Origin: an uncultured Verrucomicrobiae bacterium
Lineage (GTDB): Bacteria; Verrucomicrobiota; Verrucomicrobiia; Chthoniobacterales; UBA10450
Direction: 5' to 3'
Length of the DNA stretch: 64,000 nucleotides
NCBI GenBank assembly: GCA_963772365.1
Contig: CAVYXA010000001.1
Coordinates: 64,001-128,000, forward strand
In this document: one piece after another, positions 30,096 to 39,118 of the stretch
How positions within the stretch are numbered: the stretch's first letter is position 1
Layout: each line of letters opens with the position of its first letter
Position numbers and translations under genes: made by a program
Notes under the pieces: model-generated
What the model was told of the DNA's origin: nothing
Seen by the model: only the letters and a program-made list of their open reading frames with translations
Database searches by the model: none

Positions 30096-31903
30096 CGCGT
30101 TGTGAAACCGTGGTAAGCGATAGCCTCGCCGCGCACGAAGCGCCAAAGTTGTCGCGCCTGCACTTCGAGCATTCGTCGATAAGCCATCTTGTAGACGAAC
30201 TGCGGATGACTTACTTCCGCGTCGAGCCGGCGGAACCATGCCTCCCAAAATGCTTTTCGACCTCGCTCGTTTAGAAAAGTGCCGCTGGCGCTGCGAATGA
30301 AATCGTCTGCGCCGACTTCGCCGCGATTCACGAGTGAGATGGCGACGCTGTCTGCGATGAGGGGACGAAATTCTTCCATCAAATCCAGCGCGAGCGCGGG
30401 CCGGCCGTAGCGCGGCTGATGCATGAAGCCGAGAAACGGATCGAGTCCCACTGCGTCGCAGACGCCGGTGAGTTCTTTGGCCAGCATGGAGTAGCCTAAC
30501 GAGAGCAACGCGTTCGCGGGATCGCGAGGCGGACGGCGATTGCGTCCACGCCAGTCGAATTTCCACGATTCTTTCAACATCGATTCGAACTGTTCGAAGT
30601 AGAGCGCGGCGGCCGTGCCTTCGATGCCGAGCAATTCCGTCATGTCATGGGCCGACTCCGTGGCGTCGCGAAAACCGGCAAGCAATTGCAAGACGCGATC
30701 AGGCACATCGCCATTGCGCATGAGCATGGTGCGTTGATTGTGAATTTTCGCGCGCACCACTTCACGCGCGAGTTGCAGACGCACGCCGGGGAGTTCGAAG
30801 AGACGATATTGTCCGCGGCGCGCGTCCACGCCACTCACCGGCAAGGCGCGCAACGTCCCGAGAAAACGCCCCGCTGGGCTAAAGTAAGCGACGTCGATTC
30901 CGAGCTCGAGGCACGTCTCGATCGCCTGCGCGGTTAATTGAATCGCGCCATAACAGTAAATCGCGCGTAGTTGATGCCCAGGCAGCTTGCGCGCTTCCGC
31001 GCCCTTCACCGAGACGACAAACTGATCGCCGCGCTGTCCAATTTGCGCTCCCGGAGTTTGCACCACCAACACTTCGCCGTCGTCGTGCTCCGGGCGCGGC
31101 GGCTGTAGAGTATGGGCCTTCTTTCCAGATTCGGCTGCGAATTCGAGCGCTTCGAAAATCTGCTCGCGCACATGATCCTCCGCTGGCGCGCTGAACCCGA
31201 AGCGAAGTTGATCATCCGGCTTCGCGGCTTTGCCCGCTCGCGCCCACCACCAGGACTCGTTAGGCAAACAGATCGGATACGCCGAACAATACAGACATCG
31301 CGGATCGTTTTTCAGCGGAGGCGGGCACTTGCCACTCGCCGCGACTGCGCGCGTTTGCTCGATGGTAGTTAGAACTTTCGCAAACAACTCTTCACTCAAT
31401 TCCAGTGGCACACGCCGCTTCTCCGCTGCGTAATAAATTGCGGCGCGCGTGGCGTTGATACCGATCTCGCGCAGCAAGAGCGCATGCGCGGCTACCTGAA
31501 TGGCATCGGGCTCTTTCGCAACACGCTCGCCGTTGTTATCGCGTCGCGCCGACCCTTTTTTGTAATCGACAATCTCCGCGCCGTCCGGACCGCCCTCGAT
31601 GAGATCGACGACGCTAATCAATCCCAGCGACGCGCTTTCCAACCGCAAACTTCGCAGCGTCGCGCCTTCAGGAAGATTTTCGCCGAGCGCTTTCAGTTTC
31701 TCTTCATCGACACGCGAGGCGCGATCGACATTGCGATGCGCATGCGACCCTTCGATCGTATCGGCGTTCTCCTGAAAAATATTCTCGACCCACTGATAAT
31801 AAAAAAGCCGCGGGCAATAGATGAAATTATGCAACCGCCGCACCGGCATCGGCGGCTGCGATTCAAGCCCGCCTTGCGTTTGCACCGGCGCATCGATTGA
31901 CAT
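30092..31903 (-). CDS. cas1: Cas4-Cas1 fusion
   Basis: YCPR..VDYKKG..CLYCS..ICLP (Cas4) plus GIEG, RNRRPPRDPAN, GLDPFLGFMH, LDLMEEFRP (Cas1). Confidence 0.95.
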   Translation of the reverse strand: MSIDAPVQTQGGLESQPPMPVRRLHNFIYCPRLFYYQWVENIFQENADTIEGSHAHRNVDRASRVDEEKLKALGENLPEGATLRSLRLESASLGLISVVDLIEGGPDGAEIVDYKKGSARRDNNGERVAKEPDAIQVAAHALLLREIGINATRAAIYYAAEKRRVPLELSEELFAKVLTTIEQTRAVAASGKCPPPLKNDPRCLYCSAYPICLPNESWWWARAGKAAKPDDQLRFGFSAPAEDHVREQIFEALEFAAESGKKAHTLQPPRPEHDDGEVLVVQTPGAQIGQRGDQFVVSVKGAEARKLPGHQLRAIYCYGAIQLTAQAIETCLELGIDVAYFSPAGRFLGTLRALPVSGVDARRGQYRLFELPGVRLQLAREVVRAKIHNQRTMLMRNGDVPDRVLQLLAGFRDATESAHDMTELLGIEGTAAALYFEQFESMLKESWKFDWRGRNRRPPRDPANALLSLGYSMLAKELTGVCDAVGLDPFLGFMHQPRYGRPALALDLMEEFRPLIADSVAISLVNRGEVGADDFIRSASGTFLNERGRKAFWEAWFRRLDAEVSHPQFVYKMAYRRMLEVQARQLWRFVRGEAIAYHGFTTR

Positions 31904-31941
31904 AGCTAACTATCTTAGCTAATCTCGTCGCTGTGACGCAA
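31897..31941. promoter_or_regulatory. Overlapping divergent promoters with palindromic operator
   Basis: Plus strand TTGACA(31897)-17-TAATCT; minus strand TTGCGT-18-TAAGAT; TAGCTAA-N5-TTAGCTA at 31903-31921. Confidence 0.7.
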
Positions 31942-32202
31942 GCGACCATTCATCAGGCAAAGACGCACCTCTCCAAACTCATTCGCAAAGCGCTCGACGG
32001 CGAAGAAGTGATTATCGCCAACCGCGACAAGCCACTTGTTCGGCTGGAAGCCGTAGCAGGTGGATCAAGCTCCCGCCGCATCGGCGGTCTTAAGCGCTGG
32101 GCGAAGCGACGCCCGCTGGAGTTGAATGATCCTAAAGCAAACCGGAGGATCGAGCGCGACTTTGCCCGAACTGACCGGCGCGATCCGCTGTTGTGGAAGT
32201 AA
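31933..32202 (+). CDS. Phd/YefM antitoxin
   Basis: TIHQAKTHLSKLI..GEEVIIA..KPLVRL. Confidence 0.9.
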   Translation: MTQATIHQAKTHLSKLIRKALDGEEVIIANRDKPLVRLEAVAGGSSSRRIGGLKRWAKRRPLELNDPKANRRIERDFARTDRRDPLLWK

Positions 32203-32208
32203 GAGCAA

Positions 32209-32598
32209 ATGCTGCTCGATACCCACGCGCTCTTGTGGATGGTGCTGGATGACCCGCGGTTGTCCCGCCGCGCTCGCTCTGAAATCGAGAAAGCTGAGGG
32301 CCTTGCTTATTCAATTGCGAGTTTCTGGGAAATTGCGCTCAAGTTGAGCATTCCGAGATATCAAAAGAAGCTGGCCTTGCCCGAAGCATGGCATCAAGAC
32401 TTGTTAGGGGAGATGCGCGCGATTGGCGCCGAGCGGCTCGAAATTCAACCGCAACACTGTCGCCATTTGCAGGACCTGCCCTGGCATCATAAGGATCCAT
32501 TCGATCGCATGTTGATCGCCCAGGCACAGGTCGAGCGATTGCCGATCCTAAGTGCCGATCGACGTTTCAAAAAGTATGGAATCAAAATAGTCTGGTAA
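32209..32598 (+). CDS. vapC: VapC/PIN-domain toxin
   Basis: LLDTHALLW, SIASFWEI, HHKDPFDRMLIAQA, LSAD. Confidence 0.92.
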   Translation: MLLDTHALLWMVLDDPRLSRRARSEIEKAEGLAYSIASFWEIALKLSIPRYQKKLALPEAWHQDLLGEMRAIGAERLEIQPQHCRHLQDLPWHHKDPFDRMLIAQAQVERLPILSADRRFKKYGIKIVW

Positions 32599-32621
32599 GA
32601 TGCGTCAACTGCGCACCGACC

Positions 32622-32766
32622 CTCGCCGAGGGCTCCTGGCTTTCTTCATCGACACGCAGCGAGGCGCGATCGGGATTGTAATGCGCATGAAATTATGCAA
32701 CCGCCGCGCCGGCATCGGCGGTTGCTGCTCAAGGCCGCCTTGCGTTTGAACGGGGGCATCGCTCAT
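32622..32766 (-). pseudogene. Displaced, decayed copy of cas4-cas1 5' end
   Basis: MSDAPVQTQGGLEQQPPMPARRLHNF vs intact MSIDAPVQTQGGLESQPPMPVRRLHNF; internal deletion, then DRAS..RVDEE remnant. Confidence 0.9.
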
Positions 32767-32781
32767 GCTCGATGTGCGCTT

Positions 32782-33285
32782 TTAGGAATGAAAACCGATT
32801 CGGCGCTCCGGCTTTTCCGGCGGCGGCAGCAAGAGCGGACGCAGTTTTTGATACAAATCGCGCAGCGCGGCGTCGTGCGTGAGCAAAGTTTTATCAATTT
32901 CATTCAAGCGCCCTTCCAAAGTCGCGTCGGCCAGCAACTCGCGTCGCATTTTAACAAAGGCGCGCACGACATAAACGCTCATGGCAATGGCCTGCGGGCT
33001 GTTCAGAAGCGTCGCGGCCATGATCGCCCCATGCTCGGTGAATACCCTCGGCAACTTGCGACGTCCGCCCCGGCCTTTTGATGTTCCAATTTGGAATATC
33101 AAATCGGCAAACTCCTTGCGTGTAAGCATGAACGAAAAGTCGGGAGGAAAGCGGTGCTCGTTTCGATTGATTGCCTTGTTGAAGTTCCCGGTCGTAACCC
33201 CGTAAAGCAGCGCCAGATCGCTATCGAGAACAACTGGCTGGTCGCGAACTGTGAAGATGCGTGGAAGGAGGGGATCAGCTTTCAA
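32782..33285 (-). CDS. ORF6N-domain DNA-binding protein
   Basis: VVLDSDLALLYGV..RN..RFPPDF..FTEHGAIMAATLLNS..VVRAFV. Confidence 0.88.
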   Translation of the reverse strand: MKADPLLPRIFTVRDQPVVLDSDLALLYGVTTGNFNKAINRNEHRFPPDFSFMLTRKEFADLIFQIGTSKGRGGRRKLPRVFTEHGAIMAATLLNSPQAIAMSVYVVRAFVKMRRELLADATLEGRLNEIDKTLLTHDAALRDLYQKLRPLLLPPPEKPERRIGFHS

Positions 33286-33299
33286 ATTATCCTATCCGA

Positions 33300-35355
33300 T
33301 CACGACAAAGTGTCGGCTGCTGCCGCTTTATTCATGCGAGCAGCTAATCTCGCTCGATTGATCTGCATGCAACGAGCCCATTGAAGGCTCTTCAATCCAA
33401 GAAAGAGTGCCTTGCTACTGAGCAATTGGATCTGCTCCTCGCCGCGGACGGCATCGGGCACACGCGCGATGTCGTTCTTCGCAAATTCACGCGCGAAGCG
33501 CAGCAGCTTCAGGCTCTTTTCGTCAATGGGCTCTTCAACATTCCAAAGCAAGCGCGCGATACCGGCGAAATCGCGGAAGTAATTCGGCTGCCTTGTCTCG
33601 CGCGAGACGCTGCCGCTTGGGATTTCATCAAAAATTAATTGCGGCGGCTTGTCGCCATACTTGCGCTTCTCACGCGCGCGCAAATCGATCGGCGCGTCTC
33701 CTGCGCCATCAGATGCTTTCGTCTTGCGGCCTTTTCGACCTTTGTAGCGAACTTCTCCGGAAATCCGTTCGGTGCGCAGACGCGGGAAAAATTCCCACAT
33801 CCGTGGGTCGGCGACGGCACGCAAACCGATGTTGATGGCGGCGTTTAAATCCGCATCGACGATCTTCGCAGCGAGACGGTTTTGCTGCGCTGGAACAGCG
33901 GCGATTGGAACAAAGATTTGCCCGCCTTGCTTCGGCAAAAGGAGTGTCAGTTTGGGTGCGGATAAGCCCTCGTGTTTTTTCTGCCACTCCGTTTCGAGAA
34001 GTTGTTGTGCGTTGCGCAAATCGATTGCGAGCTGTCGCATTTGCTGCTGTTCTGTTGTTTCTTCCTCTCCATCTTTGATACGCAACCGAAAACACCACGG
34101 CATGCGCTCTTCGAATCCCGCCGTCACTTCCTCAGCGCGGAACCCAACAATTCCGCTGCGGGAGCAGAACTGCGAAGAATACGCCGCCGGCACATCGAGC
34201 ACGGGAATGCCGAATGGCTCACAGAGCTCGCGTACTTTGTCGCGAATCGCGCGGTGGCACCATTTCATCAGCCGTCCGTTTTCCTGCGGCGATCTGCCTT
34301 GGGTTGCGCGGTAACGCGAGAGGTCTTCAATCGCCACGAAATCCACCGGCTTATCGCGGAATTTCTCGTAGACGCCATGCTGGTCCCGCTCATGCCAAAG
34401 CTGCGCCTTATTCGGCGGCGGCTTCGTCAACCTGACGCCGAGTGCCTGCGCCAGAATCATATGCGCCGATTGATTCACGCGTTGCGTTTTTAACTCGTCG
34501 AGTTTATCCACGAGACCGGGACACGGATCGCTGAAATCGCGGCGAATCCATCTTTTCACCTGCGCCTCGATCCATTCGCCTTTTTCCAATTGCTCGAAGG
34601 CGAAATATCTGCGCTCCGCCTGATTCAAGGACTGAAAGCGGCGGCGGAGCTCCTCAACTTGCTCGATGCGCATGAGCGAAAGGCCGCGCTGGCCAGCAAG
34701 CAATGGTTTGTGTTCTTCGTCTTGAGTCTGTGTCTGTGCCAAGCCGTGCAGTCGTCCTTCCTTTTCGCGGTCTTGCACACGCTCCCAACTCCATCGGCGT
34801 TTTCGCAGCGGCAGAACGCGGTCGGCAATATTCAACAGCAGCGTCGGTAGTTCGGAAATCAAACGCGAGTGCTCGTCACGAAGGGCCATCTGCAATTGCG
34901 TCCAATTCTTTTCGCCTGCTGTGTCACGAATTGTTTTTGGAATCCACTGTTCGCCCGGCGCTTCGCCATTCGGTTTCTGCGCTGGCGCGTTCCCCTTCTC
35001 ATCCTCAAATCCGCACGTTTGCCGCAATTCTTTCAGCATTCCGTCCCGTCGCGCACCGTCATTCATGCCCACGCGCCAGCGCGCTATCCTTGCCAGTCGC
35101 GATTGCGCGCGGCGAGCGACGACAATCAGCTTGTCGTTTTGCTCAGGGAAAGAGAACTCGCGCAAGATCGCGTCGATTTGAGAGCGCCAGTTTTCCGGAG
35201 GCGCTTCATTCGAATGAAGAACAAATTCCCACGCCCATCGATCGCCAAGGAGCGCGCACATCAGGTTCCGGCATTCAGCCGTTTCGCTTTCAGAAGCCGA
35301 ACGCCCGCGGTCGCCATACAGTTCTTCGCGCCAGGCGAACTCACTCTTTTGGTCA
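33300..35355 (-). CDS. cas12b: Cas12b C-terminal part (RuvC-II, RuvC-III), after frameshift
   Basis: GQRGLSLMRIEQ, IEDLSRY, AYSSQFC, ADLNAAINIG. Confidence 0.85.
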
Positions 35356-37968
35356 CGGGTCGAGCTTCGACCGCGCTCTCCACACCATTGTGTCGCTACC
35401 AGGCAACCGAAGTTTTCGCAGCTCGCGCAACGCCACGCGCCATGGTGCTTCCTCACCCGTGGTAATCGCGCGCGAAACGATCGTGTGGTTACTGTTGCCG
35501 CTTTCAAACACACCATCCAGCCTTGCCTCCTGCATCGCCCACGAGTCAGCGTGGAGACCAAAATCCACGCTACCGAAGGTGAAACGCTGCACGAGTTGCT
35601 CTAGTGCGGGCGGCGGATCTTTCGGTTGCTCGAACGAGTGCAAGAGGTAGAAGAAACGTTGTTCGGAGCCTTTTCCGAAACTACGGAACTGTTTGCTCCA
35701 GACGTGCGCCTTACCGATCTGCGCGATTAATTTCTCCGGCTGAATTTCAACAGGAAATGTGAGCTGCGCGCCGTAGCGCTCAATGCCGTCTTTATCTTCG
35801 CGCGCTCTGGGTTGAAGTGTGATCCGGCAATTGCCGAAGTCCTGGAGTGGCGGCTCGTGTAGCTTGAGCGCGTCGATCATGGGCGGCAACCACGGTGCAG
35901 CATCGAGACTCTCTTCGCCATCGCGCCGGACCTGATCACGACGCAAACGTGGCGCCGAATAGCTGATGCGCGTCATGACAGGTTTCCATTTTGCTCCATC
36001 GCGAACCGCAACGCCGGCGGTGAAGGAAAGCGCCCCGGGCTTGTCAGCCGCGCCACGCGCATTCGCACTGAGACTGCGCTCGTGTGTCGATCCCCACTTT
36101 CCGCCCGCGGCAGATTTTTTTGGAAAGATAAAATAGCGCGGCGACTTCGTTGGATGCGCGGGCGTGAAATGAATCGGCCGCTCTTTGTCGCGCAGTTCGC
36201 GACGGGTCTCAGTGTATTGCGCCCACGCTTCAACTGGATCACCCGCGTGAAACTCCTTACTGCCTTTCTCTTTCCAAATGCCGTGATTCGCGGGTTTCGT
36301 CAGCTCCTCGTAGAAATGCGCACTCCCGAAATCCAGCCGGTGCTCGCCCTGCTCTTTCTTTACGATTTCCCATAAGTCATCTTCCGTCGGCTCACTTTTT
36401 GCCGCGAGATCGCGCCAGGCATCGCGCACTGCATGCCATCCGCGCAGCGTCCGTTCGCGCAGTGTGTATTCGCGCAAATGATCAGGAAGCTGAACGTCCG
36501 CGCGCGCAATCGCCTCAGTAATGAACGGTCGCGCAAGCCAATCATCATCCGGCGAATCAACCTCACCCAAGTGGCCGAGATCGCTGAACAACACCGAGAC
36601 CAGTCGATCGATCCGCGCATCGTCGCGGAATCCCGGGAGACTCGGCTTCGCGGCCATTCCTTCCTCGGCGCTGCCGGCACGGCCTTCGCTTTCCATTGCC
36701 TGCAAATCTTCGCGCAGTGCGGCTGCCTCAGCCTCGCGCCTAATCGTGTCCTGGTAGTAGCGATGCGGCGAAGTAATCGCTGCGACAAATGCTGCATGGT
36801 CAAACTCCTTCCATGGCGCTTGTTGTGCCTCGTCATCGTTCTCGAATACAAGACGTGTGAAATATGGAAAGTGAGGTGTGTCGTCGACGCGCGATGCGGC
36901 AATGCTGTCCTCGACTGGTTGCTTGTCTTTCGCGTCACATAATGCAGCGCTGGCTGCACGAAAAGCCGCTAACGTCTCGGCGCAAGGAATGTGTCGAAAC
37001 AACGCTGCCGCTGGATAGACGCCACTCGGCCGACGTCCAGGCGCCGGGATGCACAAGGCATCGCTGGGTTGAGTGATCGAATCGTGAGAGCGACTTTTTC
37101 GATCAGGCCCGTGAGCAATCATCTCCAATTGCGCGGAAGCGCCCATGAGCGAAGGGAATTGCTTGCTGACCTCATCCCAATATTTGCGCAGTAACTTGGC
37201 TGCCTTAGTGCCGGTGAGTTTTTCTTTAGGCGGAGTTGTTAGAAACAAGCCGAGGTCGATCTCGGCGGCGCGGGATATTGCTTCATCGTCTGGCATCGAC
37301 CGAAACTCCCGCACGAGACGTTGACGCTTTATTTCTTGAAGCGACGCCATGTCTTTTGGCGTTTTGTCGTGCCTGCCTTTCGGATTGCAGAAAAATCCCA
37401 GTCGATCATTTGCGAGCCAACTGAGATCGCTCTTGTCTGCTTCCTCCAAGAGTTGAAGCAGTGCCGCCGCTCGTTGCGTATCGCTCGCGCGGCTTGACGC
37501 GAGAACTGTAGATATGCAGCGCGCGAACGCGTCCTTTGACTTTTGCGTCGGATCTATCACTACTCCGACTGCGGGCGCAAGCGTCTTGCACCAACCTTCG
37601 AATGATTTCCCTCGACGTTCTGCGGTGACCGCTGTGTTGCTGACTGCATCGCGCCAGGATTTGATCGCTCGGATCATTGCTCGTGCGGTTTGAGCTGCTT
37701 CGGCGATTGCTTTAACGCGCGCTGCCTCTGTTTTGTGCTTGGGATTTCTTCGCGCGGAATCCGCCGCCACTTTCAGCGCGATTGCTTCAAACGCCGCATC
37801 ATCCATTCCACGAGACAACGCCGAGAGCGCAAGCGTGTAATAATTCACTGCGTCCTGAAACAGCTCGTGATGATGCCAAAGGACTTCCAGCGGCAGTTCG
37901 CCAGTGACGTTCCCTTTGCGATCAACGGTTTCGACTTTCGCAACGCGCCCTTGGTAAATGCGGTTCAT
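35353..37968 (-). CDS. cas12b: Cas12b (type V-B effector) N-terminal part through RuvC-I
   Basis: MNRIYQGRV..LWHHHELFQDAVNYY N-terminus typical of verrucomicrobial/planctomycete Cas12b; FTPAHP..SPR, APRLRRD, SVDFG, LRLPG; locus has cas4-cas1, cas2, tracrRNA and 36-bp repeats. Confidence 0.88.
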   Translation of the reverse strand: MNRIYQGRVAKVETVDRKGNVTGELPLEVLWHHHELFQDAVNYYTLALSALSRGMDDAAFEAIALKVAADSARRNPKHKTEAARVKAIAEAAQTARAMIRAIKSWRDAVSNTAVTAERRGKSFEGWCKTLAPAVGVVIDPTQKSKDAFARCISTVLASSRASDTQRAAALLQLLEEADKSDLSWLANDRLGFFCNPKGRHDKTPKDMASLQEIKRQRLVREFRSMPDDEAISRAAEIDLGLFLTTPPKEKLTGTKAAKLLRKYWDEVSKQFPSLMGASAQLEMIAHGPDRKSRSHDSITQPSDALCIPAPGRRPSGVYPAAALFRHIPCAETLAAFRAASAALCDAKDKQPVEDSIAASRVDDTPHFPYFTRLVFENDDEAQQAPWKEFDHAAFVAAITSPHRYYQDTIRREAEAAALREDLQAMESEGRAGSAEEGMAAKPSLPGFRDDARIDRLVSVLFSDLGHLGEVDSPDDDWLARPFITEAIARADVQLPDHLREYTLRERTLRGWHAVRDAWRDLAAKSEPTEDDLWEIVKKEQGEHRLDFGSAHFYEELTKPANHGIWKEKGSKEFHAGDPVEAWAQYTETRRELRDKERPIHFTPAHPTKSPRYFIFPKKSAAGGKWGSTHERSLSANARGAADKPGALSFTAGVAVRDGAKWKPVMTRISYSAPRLRRDQVRRDGEESLDAAPWLPPMIDALKLHEPPLQDFGNCRITLQPRAREDKDGIERYGAQLTFPVEIQPEKLIAQIGKAHVWSKQFRSFGKGSEQRFFYLLHSFEQPKDPPPALEQLVQRFTFGSVDFGLHADSWAMQEARLDGVFESGNSNHTIVSRAITTGEEAPWRVALRELRKLRLPGSDTMVWRARSKLDP

Positions 37969-38182
37969 TCTTTAGAGAAGCTACTCGTTGATGCCGGTTA
38001 GCAGTCAGCGGAAACAGTAATGTTTGTTTACCAAAGGAGCGGAGATTTGTCTCCGCTTTTTTGTTGGGCGCGCAAACTAATGAGTCTCGGTAGAAGTTCG
38101 CGATGACGTGGCCGCGCACGCGGAGGGCGCCCACGTTAGCCTCACACGCAACTTGTGTCTCTCGTGCGAAACTAGTTTGGAT

Positions 38183-39052
38183 ATGGCACGGGCAATTTGG
38201 AAAGGCGGAATCAGTTTTGGGCTGGTTAATATTCCAATCGCGCTTTATCCGGCGACACGGCGCGAAGAGCTGAAGTTTCGGTTGCTTCGTAAGAGCGATT
38301 TGAGTCCGGTGAATTACAAACGGGTGGCGGAAAAGGACGGCAAGGAAGTTCCCTGGAACGAGATCGTCAAAGGTTACGAGTACCAGACGGGAAAATATGT
38401 TGTCCTGAAGGAGGAAGATTTTGAGCGGGTCGATATCGAGGCGACCCAGACGGTGGATATTCAGGATTTTGTCGATCTTGACGACATCGATCCGATGTAT
38501 TTTTACAAACCGTACTATCTGGAGCCGCAAAAGGGCGGCGATAAAGCTTACGCGCTGTTGCGCGATTCGCTGGAGGAAAGCAAAAAGGTCGGGATCGCCA
38601 AGGTGGTGATCAAGACCCGGCAATATCTGGCCGGCGTAAAACCGGAGGATGGCGCGCTCGTTTTGGAGCTGATGCATTTCGCCGATGAACTTCGGGACAC
38701 GAGCACGCTCCACATTCCAAAAAAGACCGAAGTGGGTAAGCGCGAAATGAATATGGCCAAATCGCTCATCGATAACATGAGTGCGAAATGGGACCCGGAA
38801 AAATATAAAGACGAATATAAGGAAGCGCTGATGGAAGTGATTGAGGAAAAAGTTGAAGCTGGCGGGAAAGAGATCGAAGAAAAACCGAAGAAAGCGCCGA
38901 AGCCGACCAAGGTGATCGATCTGGTGTCGGTCCTACAAAAGAGCGTTGAAGAAAGCGGCGGTGCGAGCCGCACGGGCACAGCGAGCCGCACTGGCAGAAA
39001 GAAGGCAACAAAATCTCGAAAACACCCGCAGCGTCACAAAAAGGCGGCGTGA
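38183..39052 (+). CDS. ku: NHEJ Ku protein
   Basis: RAIWKGGISFGLVNIP, IVKGYE, PYYLEP, KAYALL, VIDL; basic tail. Confidence 0.95.
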   Translation: MARAIWKGGISFGLVNIPIALYPATRREELKFRLLRKSDLSPVNYKRVAEKDGKEVPWNEIVKGYEYQTGKYVVLKEEDFERVDIEATQTVDIQDFVDLDDIDPMYFYKPYYLEPQKGGDKAYALLRDSLEESKKVGIAKVVIKTRQYLAGVKPEDGALVLELMHFADELRDTSTLHIPKKTEVGKREMNMAKSLIDNMSAKWDPEKYKDEYKEALMEVIEEKVEAGGKEIEEKPKKAPKPTKVIDLVSVLQKSVEESGGASRTGTASRTGRKKATKSRKHPQRHKKAA

Positions 39053-39118
39053 TCGGCCCGGGCGGCAGAGCCTTCCGCCCGACCAAGCTAGGTGCGGGAA
39101 CCGTAGCAGGAGTGGGGA

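Noticed and set aside
29805..30566. 253-aa extended Cas2
   Set aside because: The extension overlaps cas1 out of frame; the real start is ATG 30095
35353..35561. Translational coupling or a genuine start for the second cas12b ORF
   Set aside because: The GTG overlapping the stop is in the third frame and the first ~68 aa of the 753-aa ORF look like off-frame sequence; a frameshift is simpler
34703..36959. Long antisense and alternate-frame ORFs within cas12b (and similar ones across the window)
   Set aside because: Typical shadow ORFs of GC-rich coding DNA; no motifs
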